Shown here one piece after another: positions 1-15,950 of a DNA stretch of 64,000 bases (the stretch's first letter is position 1; each line of letters begins with the position of its first letter). A model generated the notes under the pieces. The model did not search any database, was not told the DNA's origin, and saw only the letters and a list, made by a program, of their open reading frames with translations. The DNA is taken from the NCBI GenBank assembly GCA_001179505.1, contig CDMY01000022.1:124001-188000 (forward strand), in the 5' to 3' direction. The translations under genes were made by a program, and so were the position numbers. The DNA comes from Vitrella brassicaformis CCMP3155. Taxonomy: Eukaryota; Protista; Chromerida.

Positions 1-15
1 AATGCTAGTGGATGG

Positions 16-3000
16 GTGCAGATCTTCATCTTTTGTCTGAGCCTGACCTTTACATTGCTCACGTCAACCTTCCCCTACCTGCAGAGGTACGTCGACCTCT
101 TCGTCATCGCCATCGCCGCCGCATTCACCACCTACTCATCATTCACTCGCTCACGGGTTAACGTCCTATTCGAGTACGCGGGTCACACGAGCGTCGAGGA
201 CATCAGGTGCGTGCCCAGTGGGGGCGCGCCGAGCGAAGAGGTGGCGAGCATATGCGAGGTGTTTCTCACCATTGTGGCCACGGGCGTGCTGGTGCCTCTC
301 GACCCGCTGCACTACTTCATCTTTTGTCTGTACACTCCATCGGTGTACACGATCCTGTGCGAGGTGCTGGGGCACATGCTCTTCACCAACGAGGAGCTGC
401 TCGACCTCCCAAAGGACAGCAGCCTTCAGGGGGGCATGGGATTGCCCTGCTCTACCAAACTCCTGCCGATACTCCTCGTCACATTCCAAATCGTGAGCTG
501 AATGAATCAATGCAATGCACGAACAAAGCCAGCGAGACACGTAGGATGAATGGGGCACGCTCTGTCTGCCGCTCCCTCAGGTGATCGTCGAGTTTTTCTT
601 GCTCGTGAGGCACGGCACGCACGCCCGTCTTTGCATATGTCTCCCAATCCCTGTGTGCTGTATCCTTGCTGTGTGCCGTGTCTGCAGCTGTCAGGGCGCC
701 GCAACGACATCGAACGTACTCATGCAGATCACATGCGTTCAGGGCATTTAGCTACGGTGAAACTGACAGTGACTCTTATGTCATGTTGATTGCAGGTCAT
801 ATGCAGTATCTGCAGCTCAAGACGAACAAGTCTCTGATGCGCAACCTCCTGGTGGAGCTTTCCACCAACCAAAAACCGCAACACGAGGCGCTGGGCACGT
901 CGAGGCTAGAAGACACCGTCGGCTCACTGAAAAAGGTACGCAGATGCACACTCAGGCAAACTGCCTTCCGTATGTACGTGGCTGCGTTGGGTGTGTCTAT
1001 TGCCGTGTGCAGGTGCAGAATGTCATGTCTGCGTTGATCAGCCAGATGGGAGAAGACCCCAAGTACGGGCTGTCCGTCGGATTGTCATGTCTCGCTCCCC
1101 CTTTCTCTTCTGTGTCTGTGTGTGTCAGCCACCCGCTGCACGCGTACAGTGAGTTTTTCGACTTCTGCGAGAGCCAGCTCAACATCACCAGCCAGAGCCT
1201 CTCTCGCCTCCCCCTCAGAACCGTCTCAAACCTCAACAGAGCCAAAGTGGTCAGTCAAACAAACAATCAATCGATCAAGCAATCATCTAGTGAGCCAGTG
1301 CCATGATGCAACACACTTGTGTGTGTCGACGAACAAACAACGCAGGACGTGAATGAGGATTTCGGGCGGTTTCTGGACGAGGTGTACTTCGATGCGGGCA
1401 TCGAGGGCCGCAAGGCGTCCGTGCCAGCCGCAATCTCTGCACCCATCGTGCCGAAGCGGCGGGAGTCTCGCCTCGGCACCCTCGGCACCACGAGCGACCC
1501 AGGGCCGGAACCGCCCTCGCCAGCCCTCCTGCCACGCAACTTGGAGGACAAAGCTCACAAACAGATGGACCTCCTGATTCCCACAACACACACTGCCGCA
1601 GCAGTAGCAGTGACACCCGCAGACCAGCTGCAGCAGCAGCATGGGTCATCGCGTGATGAACAAGAGCTGGCCTCCGTCGTCGTGCCCTCGGGCGACAGCG
1701 GCTCCGTCGGTCTAGTCCCCAGCTTTTTCGGCGACCGAAGCTCGTCGCGTCACGTCACGGCCGAGATTGACAGCAATTCGGGCAGCACCAACGTCGTGAG
1801 CAACCTGATATCGTCCATCAACAGCACCACCAAGGTGGCTATCGACACGACTAAGGCGGCCATCGAGGGGCTGGGCACGTCACTGGGGCTCCGCAGCCGC
1901 GCCAGACACGGCTCTACCAACTCAACGAAGACGGCCAGGGAGGCGGCCGTCACGGAACCGTCGCAACGAGAGCACCAGAGGCATGACAGCGACCTGGGGC
2001 CCAATACGGCCGCCCTGCCAGTGCCCATCGCTGCTACGGCGGCACACCAAAATTCAGACAGCACCGGCAATATGAATAACAGTGGAGAGGAAGAGGCCGC
2101 TGCTCTCGCGGCGAGCAGGTGGGTGAGTGGAGTGGGTAGATCCACGCGACGTGGATGTGGGATATTGTTCATCTGTCTTGCACTTCTATCCAGAATGGTG
2201 CCTTTGTGGAGCTTCGATGCGCTGCAAGTCGATGCGGCCACTGCCGGAGGGTACGATAAGCCATACCACAAGCTGTCGACCCAATCGATCAATCTTCTCT
2301 CTTCGCTTTCCCCGCCTTTCCCCGCAGAGCTTTGTTTCAGGTCGGCTACAGTCAGCTTGCGGACATATTGGCGCTTCCCAAACGGACAGTCCAGAGCGGC
2401 CTCAAGGCAGGCGGAGGAGGGCAGCCAGCTGCCGCCGCCTATGATTTCGAGAGAGACGGGAAGGCAGAGCTGGAGTCGTTCCTACGGCGGCTGCAGTCGG
2501 CGTATCTGTCCAACCACTACCACAACGCTGCACACGCGGCTGACGTCGCCAACTCGATGCACTTCCTCATGCAGGTATGTACATACGTCAGGTGGCAGAG
2601 ACACAGAGAGAGGGTGTGTGTGACTGTGGAACATCTATGCCGTGCAGGCGACTGATTTGTGGGCGCACACTATCCCTGAGACGAAGGCAGCGACGTGTGT
2701 GGCAGCACTGGGTCATGATGTCGGTAAGTGGGTCATGGAAACCAGGTGTGTGGCCATGTGTGATACATATGCATATGCCCGCAGGCCACGAGGGCAAGAA
2801 CAACCAGTTCTACGTCACGACGCTGAGCGACCTCGCCCTCAAGTGAACAAGAACAGGCGCCACACAGACGTGTGTGTGCGCATTTGCTTGTCTGCTGTCT
2901 AGATACAACGACACGAGTGTGTTGGAGAACTACCACGCCTCCACCACCTTCGCCATCCTCGTCGCGACAGAGAACAACTTCATCAACAAATGGATGTCTA

Positions 3001-4005
3001 AAGAGGAGGTCAGATACATAGACGGCAATACAGAGCCACGAACAAGCCATTTTCGCTCTCTCGTGTCTCGTCTGTTCAGTTCAGTCACTTCCGGGGCATC
3101 GTGATATCCCTGATTCTAAGCACCGACCCTTCCACCCACTTCGGCGATATGAGTGCATTCAGAGTGCGACTCAAGACGCCCGTAAGACAAACAAGATCGC
3201 GGCATGGCAGCGAACAGAGAGACATGGGCTGTGTCGGTGTCTTTTGTGTTGTGTTAATTCAGGACTTTACACCTCTACATGGTGAGGACAAGAAGATGTT
3301 GCTGAAGCTGCTGATCAAGGCGGCCGACATCGGGCACGCAGCCAAAGAGTGGTCCATCCACCTGAAGTGGACGCTCCGGGTGCAACAGGAATTCTGGGAA
3401 CAGGTAAGGCAGATGGATGCATCGACGAATCATCTCTCTCAGCCACACCCTCACACAACGCTGGATGGCATGGCATGCAGGGTGATGCCGAGATGCTCTT
3501 AGGTCTGCCGCAGAGCCCTCTGTGCGACCGCAGCAACTCCGACATCCCCGCCAACCAGACGGGCTTCCTCAAGTACGTCGCCATACCACTCTTCAGCCTG
3601 GTCCAGGTGCGTGGATAGCCGGTACCCTCGATGTGTGTTCGCCTCATGGACAATCTGCGTCATACACGGATGCAGGAGGCGCATGATCCGTTCCGAGTGC
3701 TCCAGGAGACGATCATATCTGTGTGTACCAAGAACATCGATTGCTGGGTAACCGTTAAGGAGGGACATCGACGCGAGCAGATCCTCGAGGACTGGCTCGA
3801 CACACAGAAAGTCAAGTGGAGACCGACTCCCAAAAGGTCTGTCTGCCACTATGACGTGTGTGCGAGTGACAGAGAAGGATACGTATGGGCTGAGTGTGGT
3901 GCGCCTTTGGATGCAGGGACTGTTCTGGTGGCGAGGCCGCGGCGGGTAGCAATGAGGCTGAAGAGACCTCAGCCCACTGACAGACAAGAGGTGTATGCAG
4001 AGTAG
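16..4005 (+). CDS. Class I cyclic nucleotide phosphodiesterase with N-terminal transmembrane region (multi-exon, 5' end outside window)
   Basis: Spliced exons give YHNAAHAADV, HDVG|HEGKNN, YNDTSVLENYH, STD, LIKAADIGH and SPLCDR...NQTGF, the PDEase catalytic motifs. The hydrophobic exon at 16-500 and a long low-complexity linker (1350-2120) precede them. Stop TAG at 4003-4005. Confidence 0.93.
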
Positions 4006-4423
4006 TTGGATCAGCCAGCCAGCCAGCAGGGCGGCGCGCACACATTGCCCTCCATGGCGTATCTTGATGAGAGTATGCATATGTAGTATTTGCCCGCAGA
4101 GTGCCTTCTGTCTGTCTGTCTGTCTGTCTGTGTAGCGAGGGAGGACAGCAGATCGACTCGTTAGCCAGACTGGTTATCTCTTGACTCTCCATGAGTATAT
4201 GTGTGTATGTTGAGATTTGGCCACATGCATTTGTTGTTGAACCGAATTGATATTCATGGACAGATTGGTGCCTGTACTTTACTCGTATCTCAACACACCG
4301 GCCTTGTCATGTCCGTCCATCCATCCATCCATCCATCGAGAGCATCGTCCATGGTCGATGTGATATTCGACGCATCAAATGCTTGTCAGTATTGTGTTGT
4401 ATTGTTGTTCCAGAGTGAGTCCG

Positions 4424-5034
4424 TCAGTATTGTTGTTCCACATACACGACCTGGGGCTGAGGCGGTGCTGGCGGCGGGCCGGTCATCGGGGGCGGACCCT
4501 CTGACACACACAGACAGTCAGGCAAACGGACACGCAGACAGACAGGGGTGATATATACTGCTGGCGACGAGGAGACATGGTGTACTGCTGTCTCGGTACC
4601 AACCTGAGACGTACATGACCGCTCCTGTCTCTGCATATCATTGGAAGGAGGAAGAGCAGACAACGAACGGCACAGAAAATGACACGGTTTTCGTTTCTGT
4701 GTGCTTGATTACGGCGGGGCGGGGGTGGGCCGGGCGGCGGCAGTGTGGTTCCGTATCCAGGACCGCCCCCGGCATAGAGATACTCACCCTACTCGTCTTT
4801 GTCCCTGCCGCCACAGCACGCCGGCACCTACACGACCGTACGCACAGTGTGGCCGTGAGCGGTGTACACACATGATCACACAGGCAGGCGGATAGATAGG
4901 CGGGCATTCATTCATCATGACACCTACTGTGACGAAACAAGACCCGATGAAGTCGAGAATCCCGGCCGCGATCACCATGATGTAGACGTAGTTCCACTTG
5001 TAGGCGAAGTAGGTCGACATACCACTGGCAAACA

Positions 5035-5070
<36 letters not shown>

Positions 5071-6031
5071 ATGTTGCCATGTGTTTCTCGTGTCGTGTCA
5101 ATGCGCACTAGTTCCAGCCCCAGTTGAAGAAGGCGAAGGAAGCGAAAATGGTGCCAAGTCCGCCAACTGCAACGAAATTGGCGCAGCTAGTGGCGTTGAC
5201 GGTGAGCCACTTGTTGACGCCAGCCGACCAACTCGTCGCCCCCAGCATGAGGCACAAGAGTGTGGACACCATGGACAGGATCCAGGCGAATACCAGGAAA
5301 AACCTCACGCACCACTCAGCGATGTACGCGCCGAAAAACTTGAATCGCAAGTGTTCAACTGCAGTGGAACAGAGACGCCCGTGGCAGGAGAGTCAGGGAT
5401 GCTTCCAGCATCAGATCTGTCAGGTCAGTGGGCGGGCGTACGGACCGTTGTAGTATTCCCTGCAATGGTGCTTCATCTGCACACGAGAGAGAGACCGTGG
5501 CAACCAATCCTTTTGTCCCGCCGGCCATCGGCCACCACCCGGCAGCCGTCTCACGCACCAGGTCTTTGATGTCGTCGAAGTGTTCTTTGGTCAGCCACTT
5601 GCTCTTCTGGCCCATATCCTTGAGGTGGTCGTAGTAATCGTCCGCTCTGCTGGCATCGGGCACGCTGATGCACATGTAATAGGGCCCGAACTCAAGGCTG
5701 CACCACACGAACACGACGGACCCACACAGTGTCACCAACAAAGAGTCTGTGCCCTCGTGGGGCTAGCTAAGATCAAACAAACAGACAGACAGACGGACCG
5801 GCCATATTGCCCGTCTTCTCCGAGCTCCTTCTTCGTCTCGGCGAATATCCTGCAGACAAACAGTGGCCACACACACACACACACACACGCACACGCAGGT
5901 TTTGGCTTGTGTGTGCCGTCTCATCATTTGTCCTCACTGTCTCACCACTGGTTGATGAAGAACCCAAAGCCCAGCCCCACACTGGCAAGCAAGAAACAGA
6001 AGGAGGCCACCAGATAACTCCCCTGGGCCAT
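4424..6031 (-). CDS. Claudin/PMP22-like four-TM membrane protein (C-terminus uncertain: may stop at 4789)
   Basis: MAQGSYLVASFCFLLASVGLGFGFFINQW|IFAETKKELGEDGQYG|RLEFGPYYMC resembles the claudin W...GLWxxC loop. Three more hydrophobic segments follow, then ACCGG after TM4 and a Pro-rich downstream exon ending QQY-stop at 4424. Confidence 0.68.
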
Positions 6032-6240
6032 CTGGAGTGAGACTGGGGGGGAAGCTTGGGGGGGGGGGGGTCTCCCGAGAAACCTCTGCGAGCTTTTTGC
6101 AGAGGTGCAGCAGCGTTGCCTTTGAGCGAGTGATTTGGCCGCAGGCAGGGGTCTGATGATGGACAGCGGTGCCAGCGCCGCGTTGCGAGAGGAAGGAGAG
6201 TCGTGGCGTTGAGGCCGCTGTGGGATCTGGCGGCGAAACC

Positions 6241-8837
<2,597 letters not shown>

Positions 8838-9786
8838 CTGACCCAACGACACATTCATTACACAGGGATGGGGGCAATCATATCATGTGTGTATCTATGT
8901 CCGTGTGTGAGTGTGCAAAGGGCGCCCCCGCCACTGCGAAACCAACAGTGGGCGGGCGGCGTGCCCGCACCCACGCGCTCACCAGGCAGACAGACAGACG
9001 GGATGGGGAGAGGGAAGGGCTGATCGAATTGGTCACTGAGCGAGCGATCGAGTGAATGTATGGGTACATGGACACACGCAGCAGCCAGGCAGGCACCCAA
9101 CGAACACAACACAATGCCATGCCATGTGTCAGTGTGTGTGTGTGTATTTTTTTCTCGTCCTGTTCTCAAGAGAAGGGATGGGGCGAGGCGAGACGAGTCC
9201 ATCGTCGTAGAGGGAATCCAATGCACAGACTGACAGCGCCGCGAAGGGCGCAGGAACGATGACTTACACACACATAACGCTGCCTGTTTGCCTGCCTGCC
9301 TGCCTGCCGGGTCACTTGGCTGGCTGATGATGAGATGGGTGTGTGGATGGATGGATGGATCAACGAGCGATTGCATAAGAGTGTGTCTGTGTGTGTGTCT
9401 GATGTGTATGTGTATGTGTGAGTGCGCGAGATGCATGGCTTTTTCAAGCCCAGACAGACAGCGAGGCAGCGTGCGTAAGTATACGTAAGGCCTCAGATGC
9501 GATGCGATGCGGTCAGTGAGAGTGCTGTGTGTCGTTGAGAGAGAGAGAAGGGCAGACAAAGGCGAGTGTATTGTATCTTACCCATCTATCTATCTCTGGA
9601 GGCAGCCTTTATCCAGCACAGACAGCCAGCTCGCGGCATGGATTTCTCAGTCGGTAATTCAATATATCAGTCGGTCGGTCGTTCAGTCGGTCCTCAGTCG
9701 CCATCCATCCCCACAAAACATCGTATTCACACCACACACGACAAATGCACTTGAAGAAAAGCCCCCTCCCCTGCCGATGGATGCAC

Positions 9787-11062
9787 TCACCGTGACGCTC
9801 GCCAACGAGCGACGACCCTCACTCCCAGCCCCGCCAGCACGAACACACCCAAAGCCGCCCCCACCCCACACGCAACCACCACGCGGCTGTCGTCCGGCAG
9901 CAGCATCTTGCCCAGGATGGCCAACATGCCTTGTGTGTCGGTGGTGTTGTTGTTGTGCGGGTCAGTGAGTGTCTTGGTCATGTACTGCCCCTGCCCTTGC
10001 AGGTGGTAGCCGAACTTGCGGTAGTACTCGCGGGCACCCACACCAGATATCACCGCTGCGCGACGATAACCTGCACGCACCAATCAAATCAACGGTAGGG
10101 GGACGGAGAGAGAGAGAGAGAGAGAGGCGCCCGTGATGTGTCTCTCTCTGTGTGTGTGTATGTTGTGTGCACCTCTATCCCATGCGATCTGTTCGGCTCG
10201 CTGCAGGAGCCGCTGGCCGAAGCCCACATGCTGCGGCCGCACGTCCTTTCTGCCCTCGCGGCTCTCACCCACACCCACCAGCTGCCCTGCAGCACACCGA
10301 GCGCAAGACTCACGCCGCCCCTCTCTGCGTCTGTGTGTCGTGACTGTGTGTGTGTACCGTAGACGTGGACCTCGCGAATGAGTGCCGCTCCCTCCAGCTC
10401 GGGGAAGACCGCCGTGGCCGCGTGGCTGTGTCTGTGCTGTTGTCTGTCGGGGAGCCTCAGCCTGAGGAAGCCGAAGATGGTCCTCTGGTCCGCCGTCTCA
10501 AAACTCAGAAACACCTCCTCTCCGCCGATCGTTGAGTACTCCCTCTCAGTCAGCACCGCCAGCCTACACAGACACACACGCACACACACAGGTGGAAAGA
10601 GTCACCGATGAGTGTGTGTGCGTGTGCGTGTGTGTGTGTGTATGTGTCGGTGTGTCGGGGGATGCGAGGCGATGTGTGGCACTGCAGGACAGGCAGACAG
10701 ACCTGTAGTCGATTTCGTTGGCCCTGACCTCGCGGCACCTGATACAGCCGCACCACTGGCCCCGCCTCTTCAGCTCACTCAACAGCAGCTGCCTGCACAC
10801 AAAGACACACACAGACAGAGAGAGAAGGACAGACAAATAAGAGAGAGGGCGAGAGAGGGAGAGACAGAGGGGCACGTACCTGAGATTGGTCTGGTTGTTG
10901 CCGCCGATGATAGACTGGTTTGGGATGTCGCGGATGACCCTGTTGAGCCGCACCCACGGCCGCACTTGCGGCTTCACCTCCAGCAGCAGATCCAGCAGCA
11001 GGCGCCCGTTGTCGATGTCAGCATAAGGCTTGTACTGCCCGTCGTAATACCTACCATCAGCC

Positions 11063-11093
<31 letters not shown>

Positions 11094-11640
11094 GAGTGAA
11101 AAAGGCCGAGAGATGTGCCGGAGAAAGGCCCTCGCTGACCATACCATTTCTCGATCTTGGTGAAAGGGGTGACTTCGCAAGGGTAGATCTTCCACTGGTC
11201 TGCCTGCAGGTCTGGGCTGTGGATGAGGTACTGGAACATCTCACGGTCCTTCTCAGGGTCGCTCCCTGGCAGGTCGGGCATGATGTGGATGTCCACCTAG
11301 AACCAAGGAAGGAACCAGTGTGGTGTGCGCCAGGGGAGGCTCTTTGTCCGTCCTACTTTGAAAGCAGCGTCCTTGAGCAGCCGCACCGCCCGAATGCAGT
11401 CCTCGCGCGTGCAGCCTATTGGACACAGCGACAGACAGACAACACATACAAACAAACAGCGGTGGCACTCAGCCATCCAGCCATCCAGCCATCGCTGGCT
11501 ACCTACCTCTGTTGATGATTTGCAGTATTCTGTTGTCGACGTGCTGCACGCCGATCTGCACCCTTGTGCAGCCATATCGGCGAAGCTTGCGCAGCTCCCA
11601 CTTGGTAATGAAGTCGGGCCGGGTCTCCTGAACACACACA

Positions 11641-11675
<35 letters not shown>

Positions 11676-12281
11676 CGAGCGGAATTCTGTGTCTGGGGTC
11701 GTTCTGTCTGTTCGTGTGTGTCGACCGCCCTGTGCCCCTGCGTGACCGACCAGTGTGACGCCGATGATTCTGCACTTGGCCGTCTCGTTGCGGCTCATCT
11801 CCTCCTCAAGCGACAGCCGAGGCCGCTTGTCGCGCAACACACGGTTCACCACACCACCAGACGCAGCAGCAGCAGCAGCGCCATCACCGGGTTGATTGGG
11901 AGGAGAGGGCGCCATGAAGGCATCCACGGCCTCCTGCTCCTCGTCGGGGGTATCATCACCATCACCGCCATCCGCCTCTTCCTCCTCATTGGTCGTGCCG
12001 TTCATCATCGCGGTCATGATGGTGGCGTCGTCGGAGGCCATGCTCGTCCGCGAGGGCTCTCTCTCAGTGGCCAAGACGTGCTTCTTGACGCGCTTGCGGA
12101 CGGGGAAGGACAGCACGGGCTGATTGCTGTCGGGGGCCGGTGCCGGTGGAGGGGCGGCTGCTGTGTCCGCGTCTGTGTCTTCGTCAAGGGCGAACGTGTT
12201 GGCCGCGTAGAAGAGGTCCCGGATGAAGGTCTCCTGATATGAGGTGGGATAGCTGCAGCAATGCATCCACACACACACACG

Positions 12282-12317
<36 letters not shown>

Positions 12318-13273
12318 TAGGAATGAGCAAAGATGACCGCCATGACTCTCTCTCTCTCTCTCTCTCCCTCTCTGACCTGGACCAAGTGCCGCCCAGGACG
12401 AGTATCTCAATCTTGTCAACAGTGTGTCCGTTGCTCTGCAAAGTCTCGGCTCTGTCGAAGAACTGCGATGCGGCGTCCCACCCGTTCTGGTTGCCGCGGA
12501 GCACTGCCGGCTCGGTCGACAGGTAGCTGCGCGGCTGGCCCGGCTCGTTGGGGCAGTAGTGGCAGTCCTTCGGGCAGCTGAAGGCGCCCGGGGCGGTCAG
12601 CACCGTTATCACACACACGCCTGCACACACACACACACACACACACAGACAGAAGCAGACACCGCCCGCTCGTCGACGGCTGTGTGTCGGCCGCAGTGAT
12701 CGATCAATCCCTCACCCACCCGAAGAGCTCCTGACGTTTTTCTTCCTGCAGAACTTCTCGAGCAGCGGGCATCTGGCGATGGTGCCGCCCTCCAGCTCCT
12801 TCTCGTAGACGTGGAGCAGCTGCGCCTTGCCGGGGCAGGCCTGGTACTTCCTGCGCAGGTCCCTCTGCGCCGCCAGAAACTCCTTCTCTGTGCTGTACCC
12901 CTTGCCGCCGTCTGCGCCGTGGCTGATGAGGTCGACGAGAAAGGCCTTGACGGTGTCGTATGGGATGCTGTTCTTGTCAGACTCGTAGCGGTCGTAACTC
13001 AGCCACTCCTGCACACACAGTCACCGGATCATACCATCCACAGGTGTGTGTGTTGTGTGGTGCTGTTGGCTGGTTTGTTTGATTCACCCGCATGCTCTTC
13101 TGGAAGCTGTCCAGGTGGCGCTGAGGAAACGCACAGCCACAGCACGGCGCATTCTGTCTGCCTGTCTGTCTGTCTGTCTGTGTTGCCTCGTGTGTCCATC
13201 TATTTACCTTCTTGTAGAAATCTTGCTTCTCTTCCTTTGTCATCGCTGTCGACTCCTCGGCTGCAGCATCCAT
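9787..13273 (-). CDS. ELP3: Elongator protein 3 (radical SAM plus GNAT acetyltransferase) with C-terminal TM anchor
   Basis: CPKDCHYC (CxxxCxxC), LGGTW, ETRPD, GCTRVQIGVQH, HIMPDLP, KIYP, RLNRVIRDIP, CIRCREV, ALIREVHVYG, QHVGFG and VISGVGAREYYRKFGY, followed by a hydrophobic tail. Confidence 0.97.
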
Positions 13274-13290
13274 CGCTGGTGTGTGGTCTG

Positions 13291-13318
13291 TAGGGTTCTG
13301 AAGCAGGGTTTAGGGTTT
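13291..13318 (-). promoter_or_regulatory. Telo-box-like AAACCCTAAACCCT upstream of ELP3
   Basis: tagggttctgaagcagggtttagggttt lies about 20-45 nt 5' of the ELP3 ATG, in the ELP3/CCD divergent intergenic region. Confidence 0.5.
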
Positions 13319-13405
13319 CAAGGCTAAGCTCGCAGACCGGCTTCCTTCTCGCCGCTCGGCTTCGAGGGACGCCACGTGCTGTCGCTTTTGCCGTCCACCC
13401 CTTCA

Positions 13406-15950
13406 ATGACGAGCACAATGGCGAGCACAAGCAAGACTTCGACAAATGAATTGGTATCTGTAGACAGACAGACCCGTCGCCGCATTCACTCGCAATTTAG
13501 AGCTGTGCTGGGCTGTGTGTCTGCCCCAGGCCAAGATGGAGAACACCAATTGGGAGCCCGTCAACGACGAGATGGCCGTCGACATCACCGAGTATGAGGG
13601 CACCATCCCGCCCGGCCTGCAGGGCGAGTTCGTCCGCAACGGTCCCAACGCACACATGGGCATCAAGGGCCTGCACCTCTTTGATGGCGACGGCATGCTA
13701 CACGCACTGGTGCGCACCGCACTTATATTGATGGTCTCGTCTGTGTGTGTATCGTCTTTGGGGTGCTTTGCCATGTGGTGCAGCGGCTTTACAAGTCGTC
13801 GGACGGGAGCATGAAAGCCCGGTACATCAACCGTTACGTGCAGACCCCCCGCCTGCAGGAGGAGCGCAAGGCCAAGCGGGACCTCTTCATGCGCATCGGG
13901 CAGCTCCGCGGGCGGCTGGGCATCATCCGGATGCTCCTGTACCCTCTGCGGCAGATGCTGGGGATGGCCGGCAAGATGGACAAGGCGGACAGGCGCACGG
14001 GCACGCAGAACACCGCGCTGGCCTACTTTAGGAAACGTATGTGTGTGTGTGCGTGCGTGTGTGTGTGTGTGTGTGCACATGGACGGCGACATTGTGTGAT
14101 GGTGCACACACCTTCTTTGTTTGTGTGTCGTCAGGTCTGCTGGCGTTGGTCGAGAGCAGCCTGCCGTTCAGCGTCAAGATGCTGCAAGACGGCGACTTCG
14201 AGGTGGGTGTGGGCACCACAACAGAAACAAGCAACCACACAGCGCAGCACAGCGCAGCGCAGCACAGCACAGCACAGCACGTGCTTGTATTTCCTCTCTC
14301 TCTCTCCTTGTGTGTGTTGGCTTTGTTCGTGTGGTGTGGTACCTAAGTCCGAGTGCTACGAGTCTTACGGCGAGAAGCTGAACCAGCCTGTGAGCGCACA
14401 CAGCAAGGTGGACCCTGAGACGGGCGAGTTCCTCATCTACGGCTACGACCTGCTGAGCAAGCCCTACTGCAAGTATGCCATCGTCGACAAGGACGGCAAC
14501 CTCTCACACAGACTTGACGTCGAGTACGTGGGCGGCACGGCCACATACACACACACAGAGAGAGGGAGAGAGGGTGGATGGGGTCATTGTGTGTGTGTGT
14601 GTGTGTGTGTGGCCCGCCTTGCTGCAGGATTCCACGGCCTGTGATGATGCACGACTTCGCCGTGACGAAGAACTACACGATCTTCCTCGACATGCCGCTC
14701 ATATTCGACCCCAAGAGGATGGCACGGTAAGTGGGTCGGTCACACATTACATACGCACCACACACACACAGAGAGAGACCACCAGTTGTATTGTATGCCA
14801 TATGCCCTCTGTGGTTCCTCTGCCAGCGATTGGCAGTACTCCTACCCATTCCGCTTCGATGCCTCCATCAAGGCGCGGTTCGGCATCTGCCCCAGATACG
14901 CCAAGTCGATGGACGAGTTCACCTGGTTCGAGACGAGACCATGCTACGTACGCTACGTGACCCACCAGCTGCACTGCACCCACACAGACAGACAGACGTG
15001 TGGACTGCCACTGTCTGTCGTGTCGTGTGTGCAGGTCTTCCACACGATGAACGCCTATGAGGACCCGGAGAATCCCCGGAAGATCGTGCTGCATTCGTGC
15101 CGCTTCGAACACATCGAGCTGGAGTTCGACAACTCCGCTAGCCCGTACGCTACGCGAGCAGCACAGCACAGCTGACCACAGCGGGAAGCCAGCCAGTCGG
15201 GTCATTCCTTCTGTTGTGTGTGTGTCAGTGCGTTGGTCAAGTGGACTTTCGACCTGGACACCAAGGAGATGACCGAGGAGCTCATCGTCGACAACGGCAA
15301 AGACACGCTCGAGAACCCTGTGTATGTGACCCAACACCTACACACACTCACACACACAGAGAGAGAGGGGGGGGAGTTTGGCTCAGTTTTTCTCCGTCCG
15401 TTGTGGTGCTTTGTTGGTTTGGGTTGGTTTGGTCTCGCTGACAGTGAGATCCATGGCGAGTTCCCCAGGATCAACGACTCCTACGTGGGCCGCGTGAACC
15501 GATATGGCTGGTTTGTCGAACAAGACAGCGACAAGGGCACCTTCATCGCAGTCGTCAAGGTGAGTCAGCGAGCAACCACCAGCCCACCAGTCCAGTCCAA
15601 CATGTCTTCTCTCTCTCTCTCTCTCTGTCTCTTCTCAGCTGGATCTGCAGCAGCGATCGGTGGCGGGCTGCATCGACTTCAGCTCCTCTCTCGGCAAGCC
15701 CCCCGGCACCATGACAGGCGGCGAGTGCGTCTTCGCTCCCAACACAACCACCATCACCACGACAGAGGATGGCGGGTACCTGATGACTTTCCTCTACGAC
15801 ACGGCGGCCAAGGAAAGCTACTACTGCGTGTGGGACGCGGCGACCATGGCCGAGGCGCCCGTGGTGAAGATGAAGCTGCCGCGACGAGTGCCCTATGGCT
15901 TCCATGGCATGTGGGTGTCGGAGGAGCAGATACAGTCGGGCTTGCACTAG
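13406..15950 (+). CDS. Carotenoid cleavage oxygenase (RPE65/CCD/NCED family)
   Basis: [19 protein letters not shown] and the four Fe-ligand His motifs [25 protein letters not shown] and PYGFHG; also EFPRIN and GECVF. Stop TAG at 15948-15950. Confidence 0.95.

Noticed and set aside
6045-6070. Poly-G tract in the claudin/MAPK promoter as a regulatory G-quadruplex
   Set aside because: A single homopolymer-rich instance of unreliable length; nothing supports function.
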